Assembly: GCF_001194135.2 (NCBI RefSeq)
Contig: NC_068986.1
Coordinates: forward strand, 109,127,894-109,174,912
Direction of reading: 5' to 3'
Length of the DNA: 47,019 nucleotides
Source of the DNA: Octopus bimaculoides
Taxonomy: Eukaryota
The notes beneath the pieces were generated by a model. It was not told where the DNA came from and did no database searches. It was given only the letters and a program-made list of their open reading frames with translations. Made by a program: the position numbers and the translations under genes. Of this stretch, positions 45,823 through 47,019 are shown piece by piece (position 1 is the first letter of the stretch; every line of letters starts with the position of its first letter).

Positions 45823-47019
45823 TATATCTTCAGTAAATTATAAATCTGAAAGAGAAGCTTACTCAAGTTATAGAGCAGTAGAGTATATAAAAAAAGATAG
45901 ATATGGCCGGTATATATAAACATATATATATATATATATATCGGAAAACAACAAGATACCTCTCCTTATATCCCTTTTATTCCACATCCAGTAAAAATTT
46001 TAATTACATGTATACTCCATGACCCCCACCACCCAAACATTTAACGACGCTAAAGTACATGGTCACCACCTATATTCCGACGCTCTTCATAGAAAATGAC
46101 CGGATTTCTTAATTATAAAGCAATAAAAGTCTGTAAAGTAAAATATCGGATCTTTTGTGATTTGTAAGCCTCAGACATTTCTTCCAATATATTGATGTTA
46201 CAAAGATCAGATTTACTCAATCACTTCGTACAAACAGCCATTTCTTTCGTCACATTTCATCAACGACTCACCAACATGATTATATTATTTTATTTTTAAT
46301 TTAATTTAATTAATTAATTAATTACATTCTGATGGCGTGGTGGGAGCAATTAATGGCAATAAATGCTGTGGTATATTAAAAATAATTCCTGCTTAATATT
46401 TAATCTCGTCGTCCGTGAGTTCAAATCCCGCCAACGTTGACATCGCTGTCCGTCATGTCGTCCCCAAGCAGACGATACAAATAACGGACACAGAATCGGC
46501 GAAGCATCGCATCAAACGACACACAATATCTAAACAACGAACCTTTATGTCCCGAGTTCAAATCTTGCTCAGGTGTTTTACCATCATATTTTATAATTAC
46601 AGAGTTTGATTAAAATAAAATTTAACCCGTCAAGCCATGTCGTCGTCTTATAATCGACCAAAACCTTTCCTGTCTAATCTCATGCTTTAATAAAGGCAGA
46701 ACCATTATTATAAGAGATTGGCATCAATGAATTATTGGTCGTTAACCATTCTCTTCATGTTCAGCTATTTATTCATTTAACATTTTAATAGAAAATTCTT
46801 AAATAAAACATCAAATCGTGGCAGGATTTATGGAAATTATGGGGAAATTTTTATTTAGAATTATCGATAAAAATATTATTATTTTATACAAAGTGAAATA
46901 ATAAAAGTCTAAATGGGAAAGATTCTTTGAAATTAAAGTAATTCCGACTCAGAATGGTCGTCCCCACACCCCCACCAATTATATATATAAACATTTTATT
47001 CATACACACTATGCATATG

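Overview
An AT-rich, microsatellite-laden eukaryotic scaffold segment with six N-gaps. The repeat content (tRNA-headed SINEs with internal microsatellites, RTE LINE tails ending in (GAT)n, mariner relics) looks like an octopus genome; that assignment is my inference from repeat recognition. I find no supportable host protein-coding exon, rRNA, true tRNA gene or CRISPR array. Every long ORF is an N-run, a microsatellite or a decayed transposon. The window is mostly nested mobile elements: RTE, BovB-like, CR1/L2-like and R4/Dong-like LINE fragments, two mariner relics, at least four tRNA-derived SINE families and several MITEs. The most notable signal is a set of type I hammerhead ribozyme folds of the minimal, palindromic-stem-III kind known from Penelope-like elements. 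One lies in the body of a tRNA-headed SINE-like element preceded by an inverted, 5'-truncated copy of itself (40075-40564). Another, with a long stem II, lies at 4843-4930 (minus strand), and decayed copies occur at 27442-27497 and about 29243-29300. Two fold-back insertion junctions (21054-21608, 28360-28580) also stand out. All folds, alignments and translations were done by eye; element boundaries are approximate unless TSDs or TIRs are quoted.
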